DNA of 63,746 bases from Chlorokybus atmophyticus (Eukaryota; Plantae; Mesostigma and Chlorokybus algae): positions 1 to 63,746 of the forward strand of contig RHPI01000935.1 of assembly GCA_009103225.1 (NCBI GenBank), given 5' to 3'. Every line of letters starts with the position of its first letter. Position 1 is the stretch's first letter. The notes below the pieces were generated by a model. The model was given only the letters and a program-made list of their open reading frames with translations. It searched no databases and was not told where the DNA came from. This document shows, piece after piece, positions 38,615 through 51,500 of the stretch. The position numbers and the translations under genes were made by a program.

Positions 38615-39699
38615 CTGCACGCACGCTGGGAGGAGGACTGATCCCTCTCTCCGGCTTGTCCTCGGAGGCAGAGGGAGATGGAAATGGAGGAGATGAAGAG
38701 AGAGAGCGGTGGGGACTAGTACGCTCTCCTCCCTCCAGCTTTATCCGTCTGGAAACGGGGCGGAAGGGCACACAGAGAGAGGGAGTGATTCAGTTTGGCA
38801 GTGCAGTACTTGAGCGCATGCACATGGCAACACAGCCATATGGCGACCACCTCCATGAGGTGATCAGTCAGACCTGATTGCCATCCACAGCAGTGCCGTA
38901 GATTCTTTTTCAGTGAAACGCCTGCACTTCTCTGTGAACCCCTTGTCAAAATCATGGGCAAGCGGCACGGCCTCGACAACTACTTTCAGCAGTGAAGCAA
39001 AGCACAGAAGAACAGCTAAATAACGCATGCAACTGCTGCTAGTGATAAGCTCTGTTGTACTTGCCTGCAAAACTGGAAGACTGATTGCAGCCACTAGCCT
39101 TGGGTCCCCTCACCTCCCTCGTAGCAGGAGCAGCAATGTTGCGTTGTCTCAGCGACCCCCCCTTGTATGGACGGCATGACAAACCAACAACAACAGGCCT
39201 TTTCTGATGACGAGTTGTGTCTGTTGCTTGCCTCTTGTTGTGCTGTATGGCACACATGGAGTTTCACCTGCATGAACATGCGCCAGGTATGAGATGACCA
39301 TCGTAACATGTATTGCACGTGTGTATTGCACGTGTGTATGTACGGCGCAAGGAGATTATGCAGCAACGTGCATGTACATGCAAGCACGTGTGCGCGCGCA
39401 CACGCACAAGCCTCTACCCCAACCCCTCACAACGAGGTGTACTCAGTATACACAAGATGTGTCGTGCTTATACCTGCGCAAGGCAGCACTCCCTCGAAAA
39501 CACTGCAAGCAAACTCAAGTCAAGTCCACCATCACGAGATTGCCCTCTCGGCCCTCGCATGCCGCGGACATGTACAACATGCTTGGTAAAAGGCTGTGCG
39601 CCGTGCGTGCATATGTGCCTGCATGCGCTATCACCACATTGTGAGGTTGCGCGCGTGCATGCCTGCGCGTGTGCCACCACTACCTGGTGAGGCTGTCAC

Positions 39700-41215
39700 C
39701 AGGTGACGACTGGCTGTCTCTTGACAGACACTCAGTTCTCAGAACAGTTTACAATGGAAAGGGCGGGGGAGGCCAAGAGGGCGAGTACATAAACCAATGA
39801 TATGCGCTGTACTACTGGCGGATGCTGTGTACAGCGTACCTGTCGGCTGGCGCACGCTTGAGCACTTGCACTTGAACATGATGATTATCCTCATCAACAC
39901 TGCCACCGCTGTCAACATACCACCATAGTTGCCCTGTTGACTCTCACCAGACTAGCCCACATGTGTGCATGCATGCAGGACGAGAGTTTCAACCAGAGGC
40001 CTTCCCCNGCCATGCAAGTGTTAAATCCCGCCAGCAAGTGGTTCATCGCTGTCTGATTGAAACTCACCGGCTGGCTCGTGTTCAGAGGGGAGATGGCATG
40101 TTTGAACTACATGTTGCCAACATGCATAGGTTGACAACACGGGATAAGATGCCCCGGCGACATATCACAACACAAACAGTAGGTAACGTCTTACAGACGC
40201 GCGAGCACTTTGCAAGAGGTAGCTCACACTGTTACAGCAGCAGTGGTGTAAGTCAAGTTGCCATGCAGGGCCTGCATGAAGAGGGGCGACACGTTGGGAA
40301 GTTGGCTTTCTCCCATTCAGATGCGCGCACGCAGCAGGTCGTGTTGGTGGGTCGCCGTGCACACGTGGTGAGTGTGTGTGTGTGNGGGGGGGGGGGGGGG
40401 GCGTGCCGCACTGGCAGACATGGATGCGCACACCGTGCGCACATCATGATGCACGTAGCACGTGGGATGTGCGCGCCAGAGTGTGCAAGAGAGTGAATGT
40501 ATGCAGGCGCAAGCATCTTTGTGTGCGTGTTGCACGCATGCTTGTGACAAGTATGTGCGCGCTCGGGCCCCGCACCCCGCACGCATACAAGCGCGCAAGT
40601 GTGGTGGGGTGGGGGGGTAAGTGGGGGGGGGACACTCACCTGCAGCTGTTGTGCATTGCCTCAAGTGTTCACTTCAACAACCTGGTCGGCCAGCATCAAC
40701 CATCACGTAACGCTCGTATTATGTCATAGTGGTGGTCGCAGCTGAGAGTGTCGCCAACTACCCAAGCAAGCTTCTGGACCAGGAAAGCGCACCAGTGACT
40801 CACTCTGAGATCATTTACCATCTGCTGAAGCCCATGTGGTTGTACTTGGTGAGATTGACAACAGATACAAAGTGTGCACGTGCATATGATGAGCATAGGC
40901 AGACTCAGGAAGACTCTTCTCCTCAGTGTCTGATAAGATGTGAACCACTATACAAGCGTTTCAAACACTCTCCCTGTGCACGCTCCTCCTTTCACTCTGC
41001 AGGTAGAATTGGGTTGAAGGGGGGGGAGGGGAGGGAGGGGGGACAATGACATGCCAATCGTGTGCAGCATGATGCGCACGAATGATGAACAAGCGCATTG
41101 ACTACCAACCAGGGATGTGCACTCGTATGCAATTCCATGCGTAGAAGTACAACTTTGCACGGCATGCACTCATGTATAACCAAATAGGGCCCTTGCACAT
41201 GCTGGAAGAAGGGGN

Positions 41216-41266
<51 letters not shown>

Positions 41267-41500
41267 GAGAAAGGGAAGTCATTGTGAGAGAGACAGAGTT
41301 GTAGACAAAGAATGTACTACTGCATTGATAATTCAGGGGAAAACCAACAACAACAATATTGACCCAAAGGTGTAACACAAGATGCAAGCGCACATGACGA
41401 TTCTGTTATCTGGGAGGGAACCCAACAGGTTTGAGATGATGTTGTTAAGTGCAATCACCAGGGCATCGGTCAATGTAGCACACGGGAATGAGCACAATGG
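39700..41500 (-). mobile_element. Possible second, highly decayed hAT-like transposase remnant
   Basis: Weak similarity: KLAWVVGDTLSCDHHYDIIRALRDG to the hAT FWKKV...LRLVDG block and RVAPLHAGPAWQLD to SPLHAAAYxLNP; several Ns. Confidence 0.3.
41216..41285. repeat. Poly-G homopolymer next to an N
   Basis: About 70 consecutive G. Confidence 0.9.
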
Positions 41501-43299
41501 TATTTGCTTAAAACTGTGCATCTGCCCACCACAATGCCCATACCAAAAGCAACTGAATCACAACTTGAATGGTTATGACGTTGAATGAGCAGGAACTCAA
41601 GGTGTGAAACGGAACGCCGTCAGTGTGTATGTGTGCATCACTTGCCTTGAACACCTGGAACGCATTCTGGCAGCGCAAACTCGCCTGGAGGCAGGGGAAC
41701 GAATGCACCAGGAATTGGCTCTGTCACGTGACAGTCAGGAGGCTTCTCTCCATCACACTTCTTCTCCTGTGCGTCCTCCTCATTGTCGCCATCGCCGCCA
41801 CCACCTCAGCTGACAGCCACACCCAGCTGGCAGGTGGGGCAAGAGCGTGCCTGACAATGACGTCACTGCCGGACACGCCTGCATTGCGGTTTCGCCGATT
41901 TTCACCCTCGTGGTGCGTGACAAGGCAAGTGCAACACGGCATAGGTGACGTAAGCAGCCGAATGTCGTCAGTTGGTTTGGACCGCGTCACACACCTCGTA
42001 AGGCGCCTTACAAGGCAGGTCGCCACCAGTCCCTGCGCCGAGGCGTTTAGCGTTGTCAAAATCGACTAGCGTTTTCTTTCGCGGTATCGTCGTACTTGGC
42101 TGACAAGAACGACCACGTCCTCTTCCGGCGCGGAGGCAGATGAACTCAAACTTTTTCTAGGGTATGCCTTGCGATTGCCCCGGCAGTCAGATGCCAGGGT
42201 ACGGATGATGTCGGCGTCGAGGGCTGTCCGAGGGCCGAAGGGTCGCGCGACCTATGGGACGGTCACATCTCCGTAGCACCGGTCATCAAAGGGTACTCTC
42301 TCGCATAGTACTATAGCAACAAGACCGAACTTCGGTGGTTTCTTATCGACATTTGTCCGGATTGCATCGTCCGAGAGTCTGCAAGGTCTTATCCTGCAGA
42401 CCGGCACGGAAAAGTTTGTTGGGTTTGACATCCATTCCCCCATGCCCGGTTAGTGGGCTTTAACACAATTCCAGGACCTCATGTTGGCATGAACACACAG
42501 CCTCTAGGGCACCATGAAAACATGCAACAAGGGTGGTACCACATGCTTGATTGCCTGCACTGATGTCCGACATCAGTGCTCTTGCGCAAAAGACTTTTGT
42601 CCTCGACAGGGAAGGGCCTTCCTGTGCTATGCTGTGATCAAGCTTGATACAGCTTAGCACTGCTACGAGACTGGTGCGTCAAGCGTGGCCCGCTTCGGTT
42701 GCATATGATGGCACGCCGCCGATCCGTACGGCTGGAATCTTTGATAATTCTGAGCGGCAGTCGGGTGTTTGGAACGCATCTGACATCAGGATGACTCATC
42801 TGCTGGTTATCGTGACGCATTGTGTGACGCTCAGGACTAATAAACAACGTGGGTAGTCAAATCATGCAGGATGTACTTCCCATTATCCAGTTAGTGTGTT
42901 AACGATGTTACATGCCGTCAGAAATGCAGCTTGCGTTGCATGAAACCCCCTACTCAAGCATCATTGCATACAAAATTGTGATCGTATGTAACCATAGTTG
43001 CACAGTGCGTATACGTTGATGAATACGGCTGGCAATCAACGGGTATTATACTTTAGAGCAAAATAGCCAATGAGGCCAATGCGCCATATGCATATTTCGT
43101 AAGATGTGTGTAATGGGTATCATGCATGCTCCAGCGTGCATTACAACACGAACAAAAAAAACCATACATGTCACTACAAACCAACTCAGACTCAAGTCAT
43201 TCCATTCAAAACTAATCACTGCTCGGTGTCGAATGCCAACATTGCAGCCACATCCTCATCAATATATATGCATCGCGATCATCATCACTACTAGTTGAA

Positions 43300-45560
43300 C
43301 ATAACGATGCGAGATCCCAAGCTGCAAACTGCTCCCCATATGCAGCATTATCAATGGCAAAAAGAAGACATATGTTGCGGAACACCCATACGAGGTCACG
43401 CGCTCTCTATGATCAAAGCCTGTTGCGCTTCTTTCGTTAAACGAAGTTATATGTGCTGCAATTGTGCTCGCATGATAATGCCACAGTTAATTAAGCAAGC
43501 ACACAGAGTGCCATGCGCTGCAACTCGAGCGCGCTACCCTCGAATTGCAACCACCACCACCATGGTGTGCAGACATACTCATCACAAAACCTTTGGCAGC
43601 ATCTCATGCAAATAGTCCACGTTCATTACGGTATTATGTGAGTTGCAGCGTGAGCTGCTCTTGATTTTCCAAACTTGGGAACATCTTCCCGGCAATGTTG
43701 TGAAACCCGTCCATGACATCCTCTTGCTTATACTTATACTGATTCAAGAGGCGAAACTCGGGGTCGAGCATGCACCCAGCACAAATGAGGTCAGTCTTCA
43801 TCATCTTTCAACGTGCTTTAAAGCGATCACGTCCAGTCTGCAGCAATGCGCCAGGCAGGACTGATGTTTGCAGTGTTTCGCGCGCAGCCATCATATGATA
43901 CAACCGGACTGTCAACACACACATCAATCAGTGTCTTCAAAACTGTTCAGCACTGCCATCTCATCACAACTCATTACAAGTTGAATGCAAGCTACCCATA
44001 GTTGGGTGGTTGCCATCAACTAGGCGCAATACTTTGATGAGTGGCTCGAGCGCAGCAGTTTGCCCAACTTGTCACAAAAAGTGTGAAGAAAGAACCACCT
44101 CACTTGCCAGCTCAGCCCCGCGTTTATGCGCACCTGAGCGGGCTGCCCAGCTGTCCCAAGCATCGTCCACAACCGTCTTAGCCAGCTCCCCTTTGACCTT
44201 TGAGAGGCGCTGCAACATAATGAAGGCCGATGCAAATCCGATCTCGCTTGACTTGAGGAGAGTTTTGAAGATTTCGACCTGATGGTATGCATACGAACTG
44301 AATAACCTTACATGTTACAACATGCTGCTTGTGCTCGGTATGCATGTGTGCGTGCATGCGCGTGTCATACTCTACACCAGCATGCATTATGGTCTACGCA
44401 TGTGTCTTGCACACATGCATGCGTTACACACATGTTACGCACTGCAAAGGCACTCATACCTGAATACAGCTCTTGTGATGGTTGGCATTCAAGGTCACAA
44501 GGAATTTGCCCTTCTTGATGATGGTTGCAAAGAATATAAGCTTGCCTATCCTCCAACAACATGTCAATCACATAAGCTGAGCAAGGGCTCTAGCTGATGT
44601 GCGGGTGTTAGTGATGATTCTTTCCAGCGAGTTTGCAGGCACTTGCACTATCGGTGACCACTTGCACTACATTGCTTGGACCGCTTTGCAACACACACAT
44701 CTAAGTACTTAAAAAGCAGCACATGCAGCATGCGACAACAGCCTTGCATGTGCGCATACTTGTATGGTTGTCAACCATCTGAGGAGGGTTGCTTGTTACC
44801 TCTGCAGTGGCGACAGATTTGTCTTGCTATGTACGCATCGGACTTGGTCATGCCTTCGGTGTTGATGGCGTCCAAAAAGACAGCACCATCGAGAGAGACT
44901 TGCAGTAGATTTAACAAAGGCCGGCAGTTCACATTTGTCCAGCCGTCACTACGTACTGTGCTGCCTGTTTTGCCGACATTGGCAGGATAATCTTCCAGCA
45001 CGCTGTTCACATCCAACTTTACCTTCTTTACAAATCTCGTGCGGAGTGTTGAACGGTGGTGGTACAAATGAAGAACTATACTTGCCTACAGCCTTCAAGA
45101 CAGCCTAGAGCAGTGAGCTACTCGCTAGATTGAACGACAAACCATGTCTATAAAACAGTCGAGCGACTGCCTCATCAGTTGCAACCTTTCTTGCCTACCT
45201 TGCGTACCTAAAAATGTGTCTATGGTAGGAGCTGGTCTAGCTGTGCTAATTAATTTTGTCGGATCAATGCTATTGTGCTGACTGAAAATGTATGTGGCAG
45301 TGCGCTACTTCTTAATAGCAATAGCAGCAAGAGAAGCCTGCTCACCTTGCCGAAAGTGATCACGCACATCATCCGGCACAAGACCACAAAATTGCCACTC
45401 CCACACCATCCTTTACTGTCAGACGTTCGCGGATACAAGTCACGTCAGCTAGAATTGCTTCTTGCAGTAAATGCATTCTGCTTTGGTTTGATACACACTC
45501 TAAATGGCCTAGCTCCTTGACATGCTTCCATTCAACTGCTTGCTTGCTTGTATTTGACAC
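43300..45560 (-). mobile_element. hAT-superfamily transposase pseudogene (BED-like N-terminus, DUF659, dimerisation domain) with introns
   Basis: VEWKHVK; TGSTVRSDGWTNVNCRPLLNLLQVSLDGAVFLDAINTEG; GPSNVVQVVTDSASACKLAG; PCSAYVIDMLLED; FASAFIMLQRL; EPLIKVLRLVDG; CAGCMLDPEF; WWWLQFEGSALELQRMALCVL; CEHNCS...RKKRNRL...RARDLVWV; many stops. Confidence 0.93.
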
Positions 45561-45802
45561 GACATGAGAATTTGCTGAACAGTAAAGCATGCATGCACTG
45601 CGTCACACAACAAAGCACACACAGTCAAGCAAGCCATGACCAAAGTTGACAAGTCCAGACATTTACCGTGATCAATAAGTTCTAAGCACTAAGCCCAAGC
45701 GCCGCCACCGCCGCCGTCGCCACAACGCCGCCACCGACACCTACACCAACATCTGCGCTGCAGAGTAAGGTTTTCGGTGCAAATTAGGCTTTCGGTCACA
45801 CT

Positions 45803-45830
45803 CTAACCCTAACGCGAAACCCTAACCCTA
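45803..45830. promoter_or_regulatory. Telo-box-like motif cluster (AAACCCTAA at 45817-45825) near the 5' side of the hAT element
   Basis: ctaaccctaacgcgaaaccctaacccta. Confidence 0.45.
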
Positions 45831-47127
45831 CATACGCGAATGTAGTACGGCGGACAAGCAATACGGGTATTATACCGTATGCATTCTTGCACCCAGCCGT
45901 AATGTGCAAATATGTATGTAACATCTCACGTACTCGAATGAAGTTTTTCGAGTGGCATGTGAGCACGGTTGCACAATTAATCGTATAATAACAAGAAATA
46001 CAGTGCATCAAGTTGCATCAACCATTTCCTGTGGTATCGTTATCTCCAGCCGAACTTGCAAAGCGTATAACGTTAACATTAATGTGAATGCATGTATTAT
46101 GTATTGCGCTGACAAGTATAGCTTCGATCAAATAAGTCAATATACTGCATGCATACATTTAGTGAGAATTTTGACCAATTGTGGGCACCGTATGGTAAAA
46201 AAAAAAAAAACGTTTTTGCTGCATGCGACAGACGGAGGAATGGCTTTCCATAGAACTCAACCTTAATGCATGTTTAATTCTGTTAGCAATAACATTTGTA
46301 TAAATGATGTGTGTTGGGTAGGCAGCTATGTGTACATTAGACATATACACATACATTATTTATATATATGTATACATAATGAAATACATTTCTGATTATT
46401 GAAACACATGTTTGTCAATTCAAATCATGTTGCACATTGTGAGTGGCAGTTTGAGGTTACGAACGCGAGGGATACAAGCTAGTTGGCGGCCACATTTGTA
46501 CTGCCCACTTTCAGGCAGTTGCTAACTGTGGCGCTGTCGTATAAGTTAGAGTTTTAGTTGCGGGGAGCTATCAGCCCCCTTGGTGCATTATAATCTAGCA
46601 AGGGTTTGGGCCAACGCTTGCAGCGAGGATGCTTCCTGCTTGCTTGCTTGATATAAACCTATTTGCTTGTTTGCTTCCGCATGACTGAGCACGTGTTTTT
46701 GAAGCATTGCGTTTTTTCGATGTGTATAATGAATATAATCTTGTATACATATATGGTATGGTATTTTTGACATATATACAAGTGTGTACGCAGACAATAA
46801 TACAACACATAGTTAAGATTGCACCAGTATGCACGATGCGTATGCAGCGTGTGTATGTGTGTGTGTTTTTATAAAAAGTCATGAACGAGCACACCAAAGT
46901 AAAAAAAATGTACGTAGATAAATCTTAATTCGTATATATTAAAAGTTGTAATAGATTTGCAATATATGTCGATTTACCATGTATATTTTATGCATGTTTA
47001 AAGTTATACGTGCAACTTATGATGCATGTATCAATAATCAAGCAATTGTGTAATCTGTATTAACAATCACTTCAATTTATGTAATATGACTTAAATATAT
47101 ATACATATGTATATACAAGTGTGTGTG

Positions 47128-47193
47128 TTTAATGACCGTACGAAAGCACACCAATGAATACATCATTGGTGTGCTTTCGTACCGGTCATTAAA
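47128..47193. repeat. Near-perfect ~30-bp hairpin with 5-nt loop
   Basis: tttaatgacc-gtacgaaagcacaccaatga / tcattggtgtgctttcgtaccggtcattaaa, one bulged base. Confidence 0.88.
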
Positions 47194-47220
47194 AAGATGC
47201 TTGAAGCATTTAAAGCACTC

Positions 47221-47267
47221 CCCTCAACAAGACTGGCATGTTGAGGGAAGGACAGATACATGCTAGT
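47221..47267 (+). mobile_element. Helitron-like 3' terminus: hairpin, spacer, CTAG followed by T
   Basis: ccctcaaca (47221-47229) pairs with tgttgaggg (47239-47247); CTAG at 47263-47266, T at 47267; AT-rich DNA upstream. Confidence 0.35.
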
Positions 47268-48544
47268 GACACAGTTCGGTTGAGTTTATGCCCTCAAACA
47301 GTTTGATTTCCTCGACTACCAAATAGTTCATTTCGCGCAGGTATCCTACACTGTACCTGTTTCGCGCTTGTTTAAAACAGGTGCGAGGCTGTTTCCCCAG
47401 AGCGGCGGTCCGAGGCAGCAACACAAGACTTCCTTCCTTTCTTTGATCCTGTACAAGCAGGACAAGAGTCACGACACGCAGGCGGTCAGCCCTCGGGGGC
47501 TCACCCACACTGCCCGTCATAAGTACCATGGCCACGCGCAAAACATACCGCAAATAGCATAGGCTACCCTGCTAGTGGCAGGCTACATCGGTACACATGT
47601 ACCCTAGGAGTTGGCAACCTATGCATGCCTAGGTGTGGTGGTTGCGGAAACGAACACAGCAGCTGCAGCTGCGCAAAGCATACGGAAACAACCCCCCCCT
47701 CGTATGGTACCCCCTAGGGTGCAAACTGGAAGAAACGGTCCGGGTCAGAACCTTGCATGATATGTTATGACAGGCGTCCAACTTCAAATCTGTACACGGG
47801 CCGTGTCACACTGGCTATGTCCATGTGTCGGGTGTGTCAGGTCGCCGCATGTCGTACAAGATACGACCTTGAGCCATAACGGGAAAGCTAAGGCAATTCG
47901 TACCCAAAGCTGGTACTGTTTAAGGTACAGCCTTGTTCGGAGCCTGCACGCGTATGCTCGGTGCATTGACCGCAAAGAGCGGTCGTAAGTAACGTTGTAC
48001 CCGCCGACATAGCGGCGCCGAGCTGAATCTGTCCCGCGCTAACCGCGAAGGTGCGGAGACCGTTAACCCCTCGTACGGCAGTGCGAGAGCGAAGCGACAC
48101 GACCATGTTGGCATAAAGTCTGCAGGGACAAGGGGAAAAGTCTTTTCGAGGCATTTGCTGTTGTTGGCTGGACCTTTGGCGGACTGTGCGTGTGACTGTG
48201 ACGACGGCGGCGGTGGCGGCGGCGACGAGGACGAGGACGACGGTGGTTTCGTTGTTGTCGTTGTCGGGGTGTGATGTTTCGTGTTGCTGTACGTCAGGTC
48301 GGTGGCGCCCGAATGCTTGAGGTTGTCGGCGCCGTAGAGTGGGGCGTTTAGGTGGGGTGTTCCCGCGCTCGCGTGAGCGTGAGTGTGAGTGCGTAGGTGT
48401 GTGTCTCGGTGTCGGTGTGGCTGGTGGGTTGGCCCTCCGTGGCCTCGAGGCAAGCTGGCGGCGGCGGGGGGTGCGGTCGTGGAGGCGGCGCGCTTCGCGC
48501 TGTCGGCGGAGTCGGGTTTGTTGTCGCTGTGGGCGGGTGGGCGG

Positions 48545-51500
48545 ATGGATGTGGGCGGGCCGTCTGGCCTGGGAGGGTTCGGCAACAACAACAGCAGCAA
48601 CAACGCCGCCGCCGCCGCCGGAGGACCCTTCTCTGGAGGAGGCGGCGGTGGAGGAGGAGCTGAGGAAGCTGGCGGAGGCGGTGGTCAAGGAGGCCATCTT
48701 CAGGGACCTCCTCCAGGCCTCCTGGACGCCAGCCAGCTGTTCGCTCTGGGCTCCACCGGCCCCATGCACCTCCTGGCAGCTGAGATCGCCGCCTTCAACC
48801 GCTCAGGACGCTCTCCCTGGCCACAGCTGGTGAGCCTCACCAAGAACAACATCAACAATCACCAACCAACAACCACCAACAACATCTCTCGTGCTCTCAA
48901 TCACGCCTTCTCCAATGCATGACAAGGCTATGCACCACAATGCCAACTATCTGTCACGTCATACCCTGTATAGGCTGCTGGTACATGGCACTGTCCATGT
49001 ATCTGTACTTGTGCGTGTACCTATTACGCTGTAGAGACATAGCATGTCTCTGTACTTGTGTGTATACGGTGTACCTTCCAGGTACAGATGCATGTCCAGT
49101 TACATCACAGGCACAGTTCCATGCTGCATCTGTGTAGTGATAGTTTCTGCATCTGTGGCGTACGCTGAGACGTGCTATGCTGTTGGTCCCACCTGCCAGG
49201 TGCCAGGTTTGAGTCTTGCGGATCAGCTGGCAGCATCATCAGCAGGGGGTTCGGCCGAGCATCAACTCCATCACCATCACAGTCAGCAGCTGGCGCTGGC
49301 AGGCTTGACCAAGGCGTTGGCGTCGTCGGGGTCGTTGTCGGCGTCCGGTTTGGGGTCATTGTCGGGGTCCGGGATGGGGCTGGGCATGGGACTGTTGGGA
49401 GGGACAAATGTCACGTCGGGTGGCTCCTCGGCAGGGTGGGACAGCTTCCTGCTGCCAGGTGGAGGCGCCAAGGGCCTCCCCGCTGCGGCTCTCAATGCCG
49501 GCGTAGGGAGCAATAGCAACAACATCAACCACAATAGCCACATGAACAGCAGTAACAATGGGGCGCCTGCCGGCGCCGCGGCTCTGGCTAGCATCACTGG
49601 ACACTACTTTGACTGGATGGGAGAGCACGCTTCCAGGTGCGTGCATGAGGGCGCAGGCGCGTGTGCACATGTTCATGGTGGATGCGGTCGTGCATAAAGA
49701 GAAGTGACTCCTACCGTAAAAGCAGCATTGTTGTTTACCATTGTGATGCGTGCAGCTCCGCTCAATCGACAGAAGGTTGGCAATTGGACGCTGCTGCTCG
49801 CGCGCGCTCGCTTTTATTCGAGCGCACCAAGTAAGGAAGCAGCCTAGCTTGCAGAAAACAACACACTTGCGCTCACCCACCCACCCACACAATCCACATG
49901 CCACAACTAACACCAACCCCCCACATCTGTCTTTGTTGCAGTTCCTTTCCAAGCCCTTCGGATCTGCATCATCACCAACAGCATCAGCAGCATGTCCCGT
50001 CCCAACCCGGCCCCTCCTCTCTGCTCCCAGCACCCTCGTTCCATGACGCCGGCGGCCCTGCACGCAACGTGGGCACGAGCACACGGGCCTCGAAGGTGAG
50101 ACATACCACTGCGTCAATGAGTCTTGATCCCGCCTCCCTGTCTCCCGGGCGCCCCCTTTCCCTCTCTCTCTCCCTCCCTCCCTCCCTCTCTCTCTCCCTC
50201 CCTCTCTCTCTCTCTCAGCAGATGGCGCTTGCCCGCGCACTCTTCAGCTCCCTTTCGTCGGCATGTTCGGCAAACCAGCAGCTGCGCAGCGTTGTGCCGC
50301 TGGTAGCAGGCCGAGGCAGAGGATGCGTCACGCAGCTGCGCGGCATCAACCCTCCCGCAAGTAGTAGGCCGCGTCTGCCAAGACTGATCAAGGCAAAACT
50401 GAAGGTGCTTCCACGCCTCGCTGCCACCGTCACCACCTCCGCCTCCTATCAATCGGATGGCAACGGTGACCGTGCTGATGACATTGGTGAGCTCTGCATG
50501 ACTTGGGGAGTCTTTGTTTCAATTGATCTCTTTGTGTCGTGTTTACTCTGAATGCTGTGTCGCTCAAACAGTGCTTGCACGGAGCGGGTACCTCGTGCTC
50601 GTTTGCAGCCACAAACCACCTGTATGTCACTTGACAAGTCCGAGGTCAACATTTTCTATGTCTACATATTCTCTGGAAAGCTGTTGTAGGTTGACCCTGT
50701 AGGTCAACCTGCACTTGACAAGATGTTCTCTTGTGACGCTGTTGTAGGTTGACCTATACGGTCAACCTACAACAGCTGCAATAGATTGTTTCTGATATAC
50801 GACCGAGGTTTTTTGAGTTGCATGTGCTGTCATCAGACGTCAGATTTTACCTCCCGATCTGAACGANCTCAACCCCCAACCCCATCCCAAGACGAGGACG
50901 AGTCTGCATGCTCTCTCCTTCTCTTGCTCTCCCCTTCTTGCTGTCTTCTTCTCCCTCTCTCCCTGGCCCTCTCACCCTCTCTCCCCCTCCCCCGTGCACT
51001 CTCACTTCCCCCGGATACTCGTGCGTGACGGTTGATTGATACGTCGTGTTGTGCGTGCAGGTGCGTTGTCAGGTTCACGGTTGCGAGCGCGACATGTCGT
51101 GCGCCAAGGAGTACCATCGCCGGCATCGCGCGTGCGAGGCTCACTCCAAGGCCAACGCCGTCCTTCTCAACGGCGCACTCCAGCGCTTCTGCCAGCAGTG
51201 CAGCAGGTAGAATGTGTAAACGTGCTCTGAGTGCCTCTGGCATGTACAGGGGGTGGGGGTGGGTCCTACCAGTGGGTACCCACACCATGCATGGGACCCA
51301 CCCATGTGTGAGTCCCATGCATGCGGTGGGTGGGACCCTCCCTTGTATGGGGTTGTGGTCCCAACCCCATATATAGATTCGCCTTCGGCAATGGCAATAC
51401 TGTGTATGTGTGGGCGTGCGGACATGCACAGCGTTTCTGTACGCCTCTGCTACACACGCTTGCACCCACTTGCGCACGCGCGCACAGAGCCTCTGCTACA

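Noticed and set aside
41216-41285. Functional G-quadruplex
   Set aside because: Homopolymer adjoining an N; length and reality unreliable, as for the poly-G around 28338-28390
47888-48769. 293-aa and 227-aa minus-strand ORFs
   Set aside because: Antisense shadows of the GC-rich SBP 5' region; low complexity, no domain
48880-48900. miR156-type target site in the SBP gene
   Set aside because: Only gtgctctc matches and it lies in an intron; no full site found in exons or 3' region
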